Source of the DNA: Massalongia carnosa | Taxonomy: Eukaryota | Length of the DNA: 64,000 nucleotides | Direction of reading: 5' to 3' | Assembly (NCBI GenBank): GCA_965645245.1 | Contig: OZ287087.1 | Location: 992,001 to 1,056,000, forward strand | Part shown: positions 1 to 13,900 of the stretch, one piece after another | Layout of the letters: the number at the start of each line of letters is the position of its first letter | Numbering within the stretch: position 1 is the first letter of the stretch | The notes under the pieces: model-generated | What the model was told of the DNA's origin: nothing | The model's input: only the letters and a program-made list of their open reading frames with translations | Database searches by the model: none | Translations under genes and position numbers: made by a program

Positions 1-1325
1 GGAGTCTCTACTTCTACATGCAGCGACGAGTATGTCTTCTTTTCTTTGATAGCCCTGAACGACCAGGCGATTCTCGTGATTTTTAGGCCTGAGTGTAATC
101 GTGCGTTAGCTGCCTGCAGGTACTGTATGGTTTAATTCTGTTTGGTGGCATCGATATGTGCCATCTTTACTCCGCTAGCTGGCACTGCATAGGTGCGGCG
201 TTGAACTGTAGCAGACGCCGCAATCGCAGTGATCCATTTAGTGTTTTCATATAAGGTCTTCTTGACCTCTGCTGATTCTGCGTGAATTCGTAGGTCTCCG
301 CTTGTAAGTCGCGATATTCCCACTATCCCTTCGACTTTTTTCTGCAGCGATTCCACCAACTCCTGAGTGGGCATCTGTCTCACTCTTTCTCGATCGGCCT
401 CGTTCGTGACTCGTAGTGTGATCTCCCGGGCCCTTTTGGCCTCGCTGGGGGATGGCTCTTTGGTTTTTTGGGGTTTGGGGTGCTTAAGATTGTACGTCGG
501 GCTTTGCCCGGCCTGGTTCTGGGGCGCCAGCGGGGTGGCCGCGGCGGCGTAGCTTGTAGGGGGCTCGTTTTTCTTTTTGGTGCCTTCTATGTGAAACGGG
601 GAGACCTTCTCCCAGCAGGCATTCACTACTGGAAGATGGGACCCACAGGGGCTACACAACGTGATGGTCACAATAGAGGTACAAATAGGTAGGGTCGGGT
701 CAAAGGGTAGACTAAATGCTACCCTTTTGAAGTGCTTGATCATTGATCTATATAGGATAGGACAATCCATAACCTAAGCTCTTCTTCCATACCTTGCCCA
801 TACTACCTGGTATTTTCGGACTCCGAAATACTTCGGACACCGAAAGACACGGGTAGATAAGACTAGGCAGGTGAGCTAGGGGAGGTGAGGCGAGGCGAGG
901 GGATACTTCGTGTACTACGAAAACACCTCCATAATAAGTTAAGTCCCCACACTATGCCTAACTGGGTTAGGCGGGACCTTATTGTCTTGGTGGTTGTTTT
1001 GGCTGTACGTATCCCACATAGCTACATAGGCCAGTCTTACGTTCAACGAACGCATACTAGGCCTACCCTATTTCACTATGTGATTAAGTGCGTTTCTTAT
1101 GTCCCGTAGGGACTCTGCTACCGTGACGGTGTCTTCGTTTTCCGAATTAATGTGAAGCTGGGCTTGCAACGTGGCTTTAACCTCCTTCAACAGAGTTTGC
1201 GCCACCGGGTCTCCTACGCTGTTACCGTGCTTTAAGTACTCATCTATCTTTGCTCCCAAGAGCTTTATCTTCTCCTCCTGTTCCTTCTTACGTTTCTCGC
1301 GGTCTTGCGCGAGTGTGTTGATCAT
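1..1325 (-). pseudogene. Tad-like LINE ORF1 (gag-like), split by a solo LTR; runs off the left edge
   Basis: ORF 1068..1325 (MINTLAQ...GNSVGDPVAQTLLKE) rejoins ORF 132..~590 (EGTKKKNEPPTSYAAAA...) once 592..1075 is removed; collinear homology with the + strand ORF1 at 1431 (GTVGDPVALQLLKK; YLQAANARL); in-frame TAA at 132-134. Confidence 0.85.
592..1075. mobile_element. Solo LTR, family S1 (484 bp)
   Basis: TGAAA...TTTCA termini, perfect 5-bp TSD CTATG (587-591/1076-1080); near-identical inverted copy at 7132..7615. Confidence 0.93.
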
Positions 1326-1430
1326 TTTCGAAGTTTTTCGTGAATGTATGTATGTATGTCCAATGTATAATTATATAGTATAAATAGAAAGTATATACAC
1401 GATATCCAGAACGATCGATATCTAAGGGCG

Positions 1431-2915
1431 ATGATGAATTCATTCAATCAGCAAAACGCGTTCTTGAATGAACATAGCGAAAAGAAGGAAAGCTTGCGTG
1501 AGAAAATCAAGGAGTATCTTGATCGTGTGGGCACTGTGGGTGACCCGGTGGCGTTACAGTTGCTGAAAAAGTCAGCGGAGCTTTTGTAAACGCAAAAGCA
1601 GATCGACGACGAAGTCGCAAAGGCGCCCAATATCCTCAATGACACTCTACAATCTATTCAACAAAGACTGACACGCATAGAGCAGAAGGATACAACTCGC
1701 CAAAGCTGAGCCGCTGCCACCACGGGGCGAGGTCGTGATGGACCCGCACCCCCAGCGAAGAAAAATGTCAAGTCCCAACCGACTCCAAAGGACAAAACAC
1801 CTACACCGAAGGAAGCGCGACGCGCTCGAGAAATCATTGTTCACATAACGGAGAATGCAGATAAGGAAAAAATGAAGCTGATGCCAACCAAAGAGCTGGT
1901 AGAAAAATTGCAAAATGGAGCGGAAGGAATACGAGGAGTGTCGCGCTTGTTAAATGGCGACATAAGGATTCACACGGAATCATTGGAGGCAAAGAAAATT
2001 CTGCAGGAAAAGACCGAATGGACCCACATGATGGCCGCCTCCGCAGCGGTGAATACTCGTACCTTCACTGTAAGGGCGAATGGAATCAGGGTAGAAAACA
2101 TCAAAGTAGCCAATCAATCAACTGCTATCGCGTACCTGCAGGCCGCCAACGCACGCCTGTATCCTGACCTCAAGATCATCAAAGTAGCTTGGTCAGTCAG
2201 GGCTATCAGGGAGAAGAAAGCATATTCAACGCTACATATAGAGGTCGCTACCGCCGAGATGGCCAATCGGCTCATCATCACCGAGGGTCTGATAGAGGAC
2301 TACGAAATAAAAGACTGTGAGAGTTTTACACGCGGTTGCACCATGACCCAATGCTTCAATTGTCAGAAATATGGCCTCATAAGTAGATCATATCGCAATC
2401 CCGCCGCTTGTGGTCACTGTGCCGGTGGACATCAAAGTAAAGAATATAACTTGGAGACAACGGGGCAATACCGTCGATGTGCCGTATACGGAGAGAAGGG
2501 ACACGAGGTGTGGTCTATAGCATGCAAAATCAGAAAGGCTGAAAAGCGAAAAACTGAAATTGCTATGCAAAATCGCGCTCTACTATACACAATCGAGTCA
2601 CAATCGCCCTCATTCTAGTTTCAAGGAGCGCCGACACTCGCAGCTACACAAACGAACGAAATTTCGTCAACATGGAAGATTGTGAACGGCAAGAAAAGAA
2701 AAATGCACAACGCGAGGCTCTCAGCGGATTTATCACCGGGATTCCCCCGAGGAGAGCAAGTATCAACCTGGGCTAATAAAGGCATTATGAATCCTGAAAA
2801 CATGATCAAAGCCTTAGCAAAACCAGTGCTAGGTAGACCCCGCGCAGAATCCGTAGTAACGACAGGTACCCAGGCCACCCCAGTCACAGTGGTCAAAACC
2901 ATGGAAATCCTATGA
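1431..2915 (+). pseudogene. LINE ORF1 (gag-like nucleic-acid binding protein) with in-frame stops
   Basis: One frame from ATG 1431 through ORFs 1872..2618 and 2682..2915, with three premature stops; ends in ATGA overlapping the ORF2 start. Confidence 0.85.
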
Positions 2916-5900
2916 GGGACATAAAATCCCTCTCGATATTGTAGTATAATGTCAGAAATGACAGAGTGAGTACTATGATACCCCTCTTAGCAGAAAAAAA
3001 CACCCAGGACTATGATATCATTGCAATACAGGAGCCGTGGCGCAACCCATCCGCCCCCACATCGCTCAGTTCACATTAAAGTGGCTTTCACCTTATATAC
3101 CGCCCTGGAGGCCCAGAGTGGGCTTCTATATCAACGATTCAATAGACACTGACAGCTGGGAAGTAGAATTTCTCTCGGCCGACATGTGAACGCTAAAAAT
3201 AGAATCATGCACCGAAGGCGTAGCGGAGGTAATCAATGTACACAACGTATACAATCCCTCCCCTGCCTCCTATTCGTCCACTGATAGCCCCCCACTCTAT
3301 CGACTGCTCGGAGCATGCTAACCCAAGGCGTGCATCATATCCTGCTTGGTGATTTCAATCTGCATGATCCATTTTGGAACGGTCCTTCAATACCCACACA
3401 ACATGCTGCAGCTGATCAATTATTAGATATCATCGATGAATTCAAGCTCTCGCTAACATTGCCGAAAGGCACTGTAACATTGGAAGCAATAAACACATTT
3501 AGCACGATCGATCTAGTTTTTATGTCAGAATATCTAGTTGAAAGACTTGAACACTGCATAACCAGACCAGAATTAAATCAATCGTCCGATCACGTACTGA
3601 TATCAACCCTCATCCTACTCGGTAGTAAGTCGCAACCAAAAAGTAAACGGAGGGCATGGAAACTTCTGAATTTGGATAAATTAAGGGAAGCCGAGGGCCA
3701 CGCACCTCTACCGACGCCTCCCTGCATACCTGCCGAGATCGATACGTATACAGAATCGATTCAAAAATTCCTACAAAATGTCATCAATGCAGCCGTTCCA
3801 TTGGCAAAACCTAGCGAATATGCTAAGCCTTTGTGGACAGAAGAATGCAATATTGCCACCAAAGCCATACGAAAATTACGCCGCATATGGTCTGACACAC
3901 GCGATTCGGCGGACTGATCCAACTATATGAAATCTAATGACAAGAAACAGAAAATTATCCAAAAAGCAAAGAGGTAAAATTTTCGTAAAGAGATCAGTAA
4001 GGCTACCGAAACGCCTCAGGGTCTGTGGCGGCTAGCGAAATAGGCCACAGACAAAAGTCACTCAGCTAGAGAAGTACCCAAAATGCCGACTTTAAAGTTC
4101 AATGATCAAATAGCAGACATGTTTGATGAGAATGCCGAAATGCTGAAAAGCATTTTCTTTCCCGCACCACCACCGGCCGACTTAAGCGATATAGAAGGAT
4201 CCTTCTATCCAGCATCGCCACACTGTCCAATGATCATCACCAGGTCGGAAGTGTCGAAGGCACTGCATCAGCTCAAGCCCGATAAAGCACCGGGTCCTGA
4301 CGGCATATCTAATAGAATACTCAAGGCATGCGCGGAAAAACTTGTTGAACTATTAAAACCTCTGTTTCAGGCGTGCGTTACACTTTCGTACCATCCCCGA
4401 GCGTTCAAAATGGCAAACACAATAGTATTAAGAAAAATAGACAAAGGGAATTACACCACTCCGAAGGCTTACCGAACAATTGCATTACTCAACACGCTCA
4501 GCAAAGTAATGGTATCTATCATAGGATCAAAAATAACTTATTTAGCGGAAACACATCGGCTCCTACCCGATACACAGATGGGAGCGAGAAAGGGCAGATC
4601 TACAGAAACAGCTCTGGAGTTTTTAACCGAACAGGTTCACACGATTTGGGGACAATGAAAAGATAAAATAGCCACACTTTTAAGCATAGACGTTGCCGGC
4701 GCGTTTAATACAGTTTCACATCAAAGACTAACGCACAATCTACGTAAAAGAAAAATCCCGAAATGGATTACTTATTGGTTAAATAGCTTTTTAAATGATC
4801 GTAGCACAACTCTAGCTATAAATCGAAAAGCGACCGGACGATTTGCGGTGAGAACTGGCATACCACAGGGCTCCCCTCTCTTATCCATCCTTTATCTATT
4901 CTATAATGCATACCTATTGGAAATATGGGAGCGACCAGGCACAAACACCAGTGCCATAAGATTTGTAAACGATGCCAAAATTTTGGCAGACGGATAAAGC
5001 ACTGACGAGAATTGCAAGACTCTGGAGTCAATACACAGACAATGCGAAAAGTGGGCTTCCCGACACGGATCTCTATTCGCTCCGACGAAGTACGAACTAA
5101 TTCACTTGTCCAGAAATCCCAAAAGATTCAATATGGCTGCATCTATCAATATTGCAAGCACCGAAATTGAACCAAAAAAGGACATTAGAGTCTTAGGCTT
5201 GCAAATTGACACCAGATTGAAATAGGGACCGCACGTTTGCAAAACGCAAAAGAAAATGGTGAAACAATCAATGGTATTGACAAAAATCTCCACATCGACT
5301 TGGGGTGCTACCTTCACCAAAGCAAGGCAAGTTTACAGCACCGTAGTGCGTCCAGTTATGACATACGGGTCAACAGTATGGCACATGCCCAAAGAAGTCA
5401 AAAAGTCAAAAACGTCAACGAGCAAGCTCTCCGTTATGCAAAACAACTGCCTTCGCACAATAGCCGGTGCCTTTAAAGCTACTCCTATCTCAGTTCTTGA
5501 AGCAGATACATACATAACACCCATAGATGTACACCTCGACACGCTACAGGGGCAGGCCAGACATCTACTCCGAGCCGGAGGTCAATCGAAGGTCATTTCT
5601 TCCGCATGCAGCAAAATAGTTAACAAACTTCAAGGCAATGCAGGTCGCAAACGCCTTCAAAAACCCACTCCGGGAGAGCTGAAGCACACCTGGGCCAAAA
5701 ACCTACTGATCGACGCAAAAATCGTTCAACCACCCAAAGCATACCCACCATGGTCCGACCCCTCCCCAGCGCATCTCCGCGAAGTCTCCGTAGCAGCGTT
5801 GGCTCGTCCCAAAAAAATTCAGACAATTAAAGCACGACAGCTGAAAGTCTGGAACGACTCGTGGAACGCATATCAAAATTGCGTCACCGAACCCTCCATA

Positions 5901-6233
5901 GCGCAATCAGTCCCACTGAGCAAAAAACGACTGAAAATACACACGATGCTAAAAAAGGCAGAAAGCGCCCTGACAAAACAGATCCGCACCGGTAAGATCG
6001 GTCTAGCTGACTTCCTCTACCAGCGACGGGTCCCCGCCGTCACCTCACCGGCCTGCCCATGTGACTGGCACAGAAAATCTCCAGAACATGTAATTTTGTT
6101 CTGTAGACTTATTGACAATAGAGAACAGATGTTTTGCGCCGCTGGCACGAACAATTATCAACAGCTGACCGAAACATCAAAAACTCTAAAGATATTAACT
6201 ACTTGGCTAATGAAAACAGGTCTACTGACCTAA
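2912..6233 (+). pseudogene. LINE ORF2 (AP endonuclease, reverse transcriptase, C-terminal Zn finger), disrupted
   Basis: ORF pieces 3315..3917, 4083..4658 and 5256..6233 carry APE, RT and CPCDW..HVILFC motifs; multiple stops and frameshifts. Confidence 0.9.
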
Positions 6234-7131
6234 TTCTCACTGGCATCTACAGTATTTTACAATTAACAGTATTTTCACTTCTCTTTTCCTTCTTATCTCA
6301 TAAGGCGTCACAGTTCTCACATGATTTTCGCTCTGCGTCTCCTGTCCGACGTCGACCTGGTATCACATCAGAAAGGTATCAAGGGATATGGTTTTTACAC
6401 CTGAAAAAGATTTTCCGTGTAACATACTTAGATAGCTTTGCCCGCATGGGCCGGCCTACGGCCGGTGACATATCGGAGTATGAATACATTATTATCATTA
6501 TAACCTATTAATGAATCGTCAATTTTGCCCCGTTTTTACTCCGTGTTAGTAACAACCAATAGTAATCGAATTTTCGATTTTAACAATTTATCTTTGTAAA
6601 GTTCGTAAATGTTTCAGCATAAATCAATTCTGATTTTACTGTTCGATCTCTCCCCAACCTCCCGTATCGACAATTTGGTCTTCAAGCTGACTTAGTATCT
6701 ATTTTCTAGTAGCGATTTTCGTTTTGACAATAAACATTATCAAAATGACGTATATAATTTTGGTATTGAATAACATATTTAAATTAATTGTAGTATCGAC
6801 ATTTGGTTTCATTTATTGAATTTTATCAAAATTGTGCATGCAGTTCAACAATTGATGTTCTGGCGTTTGACGTTCGTTGCATCGATTCGATCATTTTGAC
6901 TATTTATAATCATGCAATCGATGTAGATATGATGGAAATTAACCGTATCCGAATTTCAGCTGCAAAATGGTAGCAAATATCAATTTCGAACAATTGTTTG
7001 ACAAACGATAAAAGCTCGATTTGCCAGGTTGCATTTCGAATTTCTCGTAATATTTGCCTTTTAACCTGCATCGTTGCCATTGATTCGTCTATGTGTACAG
7101 CTTATTTTGATGAATTTGATTTTTCAAATAG

Positions 7132-7615
7132 TGTAATAGGGTGGGCCTAGTATGCGTTCGTTGATCGTAAGACTGGCCTATGTGGCTATGTGGGATACGT
7201 ACAGCCAAAACAACCACCAAGACAATAAGGTCCCGCCTAACCCAGTTAAGCATAGTGTGGGGACTTAACTTATTATGGAGGTGTTTTCGTAGTACACGAA
7301 GTATCCCCTCGCCTCGCCTCACCTCCCCTAGCTCACCTGCCTAGTCTTATCTACCCGTGTCTTTCGGTGTCCGAAGTATTTCGGAGTCCAAAAATACCAG
7401 GTAGTATGGGCAAGGTATGGAAGAAGAGCTTAGGTTATGGATTGTCCTATCCTATATAGATCAATGATCAAGCACTTTAAAAGGGTAGCATTTAGTCTAC
7501 CCTTTGACCCTACCCAACCTATTTGTACCTCTATTGTGACCATCACGTTGTGTAGCCCCTGTGGATCCCATCTTCCAGTAGTGAATGCCTGCTGGGAGAA
7601 GGGCTCCCCGTTTCA
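7132..7615. mobile_element. Solo LTR, family S1 (inverted relative to 592..1075)
   Basis: TGTAA...TTTCA termini, perfect TSD AATAG (7127-7131/7616-7620). Confidence 0.93.
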
Positions 7616-10600
7616 AATAGTCGAATATGATCGCTGAGGACTACGCTAGGATTTGACTGTGTCCCGCTTCCGCCGTTTTGTCTACAATTTCGTTTTCGAT
7701 ATTTTTCGAGTAACTAGGAATCCATTGCAGAATTATCTTATACTTGTTTTCGGAAAAACATTTTACAATCTTTCGAATTTACTTCGCGTAAATATGATTA
7801 GTCAAATGTTAAATATCGTTTATCGCGATTAAACTATTGGAGAAAGTCCAAATTGTTTTTTCTAAATTCGATAATATATTCGCGTTTGACAATTTGTGTG
7901 CCCATTTGACTGCTTCTAAAATCGTATGCAGTTCAGCATTTTTAATGCTTAACTGTTTGCTCAACTACAAACTTCCCGAAATTGTATGATGTTTGATAAG
8001 GCAATCTTTTTAGATAAAATGATCGAAATCATCGATAGAATTGTTCCATTTTCGCATAATTGGTGCAAATATGACAGAAGTTGCAAATTAGACTTTTGAT
8101 CGATTCGTATAGAGTAATAATCGTGATATATCGGAATTCATAGATTAAATTTTTGACAAAGTCGAATAATAACCCGATTTTGCTTTTTCTTCTGACTTTT
8201 CGACTTGAAATTCAATTTTACAAGACGACTTCCATGGTTTTATAAAGTTATTTGATTGTTCGAATTCATCAGTTTTACGAAATATGTCCGAAACGGAGTG
8301 CAGAACAGGAATTAGCTGACTAGGATTTCATTTATTTGATTGATTTTCGTCTTCGATCCATTCGGCATATTTGTTGTTCTATAAGCAAGTGTCAAAACTG
8401 ATGTTCTCGAATATTAACGAATATTTGTTTGGAATTCTTTGAAAAATAGGTTTATTTTCGGCAATCTTCCATAATCGTAGTCTGACTGGTAAAACATGTG
8501 ATTCATTTTCCATCCCCTGAACAGGTGTAGTTTCGAATGATCCTAAATTCTTTCGAATCATCCGATGTTGCAAATTCTGAAATAGTTTATCATATTTCTT
8601 TTGACAATTTTACCAAAATTTCTGAACCATAATCCGAAATAGGAACGATGCATGACAAATAAAGCTGTCTTCATGCAGTCGGTTTTAGACCCCATTCCGA
8701 GTTCATCAAATTTTGAATTGCAAAAAACGACCGATTTGCAGATGAAATTCAAGTTTCGACGTGTTTTTTGTAATTCAGTTTTCGCTCTGGCCAGAATCCT
8801 AACCAGTTGACTACATTTTTCGGTTATAGTATAGTTCCGTTCGGTAATTGCAGTGTGTCTTTCGATGCATTTCTTGTCTTTTCGAAGTGAATCAGTTCGG
8901 ATTTCTCGTAATCAAATTTGACATTTTTCGATGCGGCCCAATCAAATGCTATTATAAATATGATTTCGATATCTTTGTAATTCTTATTTACAGTTTTGTT
9001 TTCAACATATATTGCAATATTATCAATAAAACTAGGAGAATGTGCATTGAATTTCATTCGTACTTTCGGAAATAAGTGACGAATAGATATCGAAAATTAT
9101 ATAGGCGAAATAGTTGAGCCTTGTAGAATTCCTGATTCAACATAATAGGATTTGCTTTTATTTTCATCGAATATTAGATTGACCGATCGTTTTGTCATGA
9201 AATGATTGACCAATTGAATAACTATGCGAGATAATTTTAGATTTTTCATGATATTTAACAGCTGATTAATCGATACAAAATCAAAAGCGCCCTTGATTTC
9301 GAGTAATAAACATGATAAAAAGTTCTTTTTTCGATTTACTATTTCGATGTCATGAACGACGGTCATGACTGCGTCAATTGCAGAAAGATTTTTGCATCCG
9401 CCTATCTGTTCGATTTCAAATAAATTCGAATTTTCGCGGACGTAGGCAACGCTATTTGTAACGATTTTGAGCAATTTTACCGAGAAAATTTAGTTAAGTT
9501 ATAATTCGATATGATTTTGGCAGCGAATAGTCCGATTTATTAAGTTTTTTCAAAACTGCACCGAGTCCTGTTCGCCAGCATAACGGATGAAAACCGGTGT
9601 GTATAGATTTTGAATAAATCATAAAAAACACATTTTTCAACGATTGAAACGATTTTTAAGCAATTGTGAAATTAACTGCATCAGGTCCACATGCTTTTTT
9701 GGTATTAAACAAACAAATCGCGTTTTGCAACTCGTTTTCTGTCAAATCCGACCAAATATCGTTATCTTCATTGTCTTGATTGAATAAATCTTCGACATTA
9801 TCGGCTATAAATTGGTTTTTTGTGTACATTGCTGCAATAAACGCATCGCATTTTTCATCGAATTGATCATTTAACTTGTTTTCATTTTATATCGGTCGTA
9901 TTTTTTCGAATATGCGCGGTCTAGTGTATTTATACGCGGTAAATACGTCTTTATTCGCTGCATTTTCTAGAAAAGTCAACCAAGTTTGTTGTTTTGCTTT
10001 TCAAATTGCATGAATATATTCGACTCGAATATGTTTAAACGTTCTATGACTAAAATCGGACGGATAATTCTTCTATTCTCTTCGATATCTAGACATAATT
10101 TTTTTAAGTTCGGTTTAATCTTGCGACAACCAATTTTTCGATTTTGCACATATTTTTGTCTTCGGAATAAATAATTCAGCTGCGTCATTAATAATATTTT
10201 GTAAATAAATCGCTGATTCGTCGAATTTATGACTATTCAATAAACTTTAAACTTGTCTTTCGTAGCTTATTGAATTTCATCTAAAAACTTTGCGAACTTG
10301 TCACAATCGGCTTTATTGCATTTGTATTTGATTGATAATGCGATTGCATGTGTCGGCAAATTCTTAAAAGATGCGATTATTTCAAATCGATTGAATTAAT
10401 GATCTGAACCTGTGACTGCGTTTTCATCGATTGACAAATTTGTTATTGCATTTTCGATTTTAGTATTTGCAAAGGTTAAATTAATAACAGATGAATAACT
10501 TCCAGAATAGGCATAAAATGTGCATAAATCTGGCGTATTAATCAAACTATAATTGTTTAATTTTAACCATTTGACTATATTTTCAGATCGAATTGCATGC

Positions 10601-10919
10601 TGAAATTTCGAATTCCAAAAGTGTTGAATAGGTCTATGACTATGGGTATATGACTAGGTAAAGATAGGGGCCTCTATGACCATAATTTTAAGGATGCAGA
10701 GTTGTTACGGAGTGCAGAGCAATCTGTTCCTTTATCTTGGTTACCTCTGCCGAGCGAGATGATAATAGTTTATCCGAGCCTCTATGCGATTAGATTAGAT
10801 GTGATCTTATCTAATCTATCGGCTAGGCAATGCTATTAGAAGTTGAACATTCAACACCCTCCCTCAAGTTCTGCCAGTACTTGTTCTGATAATCAAAACA
10901 GCGCTGCGCGGTGTGAACT

Positions 10920-13900
10920 CAACTAGATTTATTCATGTGAAGTTGTCTGATGAAGAAGAAGAATTGAACGTGGGTAAGCGGTTTGGTCAGTCCGTCCGCT
11001 ACCATGTTTTACGTTGAAACATAGGTAAGGTCTATTCGACCCTCTGTGACCTTATTCCGTATAAAGTGATGCTGAATGTTGGTGTTAGTCCTTGAATGTA
11101 AGACGGGATTATTGGCCAGTGCTATAGCACTCTGATTATCACCTTTCAATGCTATAGCGCCTTCTCTTTCAAGTTCATTCACTGTCGGAGTAGCATTATC
11201 CTGCATCAGGCCGAGTTCTGTAATCAATAAGCTTATCCGTATGGTCTCCTTAGCAGCTAAGGTGAGTGCCACATATTCGGCTTCTGTGGATGAGAGGGCA
11301 ACGGTTTTCTGTCTTTTTGAGGCCCAACTGATTGGTCCATTGTTCAGCATAAAGACGTATCCGGAGGTAGACTTGCGGTCTTCCTTATCACCGGCCCAAT
11401 CAGAATCGGAATAGCCCTGTATAGACAAATCTCCGCCACCAAAGGTAATGCCTCTGTCTCTGGTAGCACTGAGATATCTGAGAATCTGCTTGGCTGCCTC
11501 CATGTGTGATTTGCCAGGATTTTTGGCATGTCGGCTGACTACTGAGGTCGCGTAGGCAATGTCGGGCCTTGTTTCTATCATAGCAAACATGATGGAGCCG
11601 ACGATTACTTGATACTGTTTAATGTTCTGACAAGAGTCCATGTTTCGTTCTCGAGAAGACTGTTGTGTTCATTGTCCATGGAGCGACTCCAGCTTTCTGA
11701 ATGTGTACCTTTCATAGCTTGATGGTATGTCTAAGGTTCAGCTATTTCGAGTTGAGACAGTGCGTCATAGTCTTCCAATCCTGATGATCCTTCTTTTTCC
11801 AAGGTTCTGGCAAGAAGAACTAGTGGATCCTCTGTGTCCATGTCATCGTATGTAGGAGTATAATTGGGTTTATCTAAAGCTGTGTTTGATAGAAGAGACA
11901 ATGCGTGTTCTATCTAAGCATGCTTTCTGGGTTTGCCACGTCCACGTTTTGAAATCGTTGTGGGGGATGAATTGACTGTTGATTTTGATAGAGTGACTCT
12001 ATCGGGAGTCATGATGGCCTCGTATGTAGGAACTTTGGTCTGGTCTTTGGAGATGGCGTCTTCGTGAATGCGCAGATCTTTGACCCTGATGACCCTGTAG
12101 TCCTTTTCCAGAAAGACTCGATAGATCGTGCATCCATCGTACCCACACAAGACTCCGCGTTGGGCCCGAGGTAGAAATTTGGCCGATTTGCTGTTGGCGC
12201 CTTTGCGTTCTTCCTCATGAATGAGGACATACACGGTTGATCCCAACACTCGCAGATGATTCAGAGGAGGTGACTTTGGCTCGTAAATTTCAAATAGGGT
12301 CTTTCCGGATAAAGCATTTGTAGGTCTGACGGTTTTTGTGTGAACCATAGCTAAAACCACCTCTGTCTATAGGTAGTCCGGAATGCCTCCTGCAATGATA
12401 GTACATCTAGTCATGTCCATGATAGTTCTGCCTGTTCGTTCAGACATACCGTTTGTTCTTGTGAATACGGTGCGGAGGGTTCAAACGTTATCCCTTCTTT
12501 CAGGAACCAATCATCCGATTTCAGACTTCGAAGTTCTGTGCCGAAATCAGTTTGAAAGATGTTTATTGGCTTGCTCTTTCCTGTCTTGTTCTGAGCTAGA
12601 CTGTATTATGTCAACAGATGATCAAACCATTCGCTCTTCTTGATGCCTGTATACACATGAGTGTATCTGCTGGCATCGCAGGTGAAGGTAAAGAAGTACT
12701 GTTCTTCAAGAAGTCCTGCTGGTTTGATGGGTCCTACTAGATCGGAATGAACCTTTTGAAGATGACTGTGCTCTCTCCTGAGGTGTCCGGTTGTATATCT
12801 TAGTGGCCTTTCCGAGTTCACAGGATGAACAGTACCAATCTTTGTTCACGTTGTCTGAGTACGACACATCGAGTCTTTTCAGAAAAGCTCGGCAGGTGAT
12901 CAGGTTTAAATAACCAAGACGCGCATGCCATGTTGACAGGTCTGTTATGGCTAAAGTGTGGTAGACTAGACTAATGTGTTCGGCCACTGAAAGGCGCTCT
13001 CATCTGTCTGCATAAGATGTGTAGCCACGTCTGGGGCGTCCAAGGTCTTTAGTACAAAGTTTGTATTGACTCTTGGCACATAGCCTATGATGTTCTGACT
13101 AATCCCTTTGAATAGGGTCCAGTTAACATTGTCATAGTAGATGTTGTTTTGGTTGAGTAGTGCCAGACTGACGAGGTTCACTGGACACTGTGGAATGAAA
13201 AGAACGTTGTTCAGTATTAACACTGACGAGGGTGAGTCGTCCTGTAGTGCCAACGTTTTCCGGATCATTCCCCTCCCTGGAGACGTGCCATCTGATGTAG
13301 ATCCTGGCAGACCTATGGAGCTTGTTATGTAGTTGATGAACGACGGCCTGTGATTGCATACGTGCATGTCCGCTGCGCTGTCTAGTAGCCAGGTGTCTCT
13401 GTTGAGATGGTTGATGGTCATGACCTTCTGTAGAGCGGTAGTCATGACCACTATGAGTCAACTGCTGACTGTGGGAGTTGTAGTGACTGTGGTGCCTGGA
13501 GTTGACGTGGTGACTTCTGGCTTGGAGTTCTTTTGTCTCTTGACCCTCCCTGATTCAGCCGTGTCTCCTCTCGCCCGTTTTAGATGGGGGAATTTCTGAA
13601 ACACTCATCTGGCCAATGTCGTGTTCTGTTCCTATTTACACACTCTGGAACGGTGCAACTTCCGATAGGTGCTCTACCTCTGTTGGAAGCGCTAGTGTGA
13701 AAAGCCTTGACAGTTAGGTTTCGTGCATATGCTATGAGGATTTTTGTTGTTTCCGAAAGGTTTGTGGTATCGTGCGTCCAGTCCCTGCGGAGTTGTGCAA
13801 TGAGCGGGTCATACTTGTCTGTGCAGTTACCAAGCAGCATTCCCTGAAGTACAAACTCTATGGAGTCGACGTTCACCTTGATCTCTTCGATCAACATGCC

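Larger units (their letters stand above)
1431..6503 (+). mobile_element. Near full-length degenerate Tad-like LINE (LINE-B type: ORF1 + APE-RT-Zn ORF2, no RNase H seen)
   Basis: ORF1 with Cys knuckles (CFNCQKYG, CGHCAGGH); ORF2 motifs IQEPW, LLGDFN, SDH, KAPGPDGI, YRTIALLN, QGSP; ATT-type tail near 6488-6503; 5' boundary approximate. Confidence 0.9.

Noticed and set aside
132..770. 212-aa ORF as a standalone gene
   Set aside because: Chance fusion of solo-LTR sequence to the interrupted LINE ORF1.
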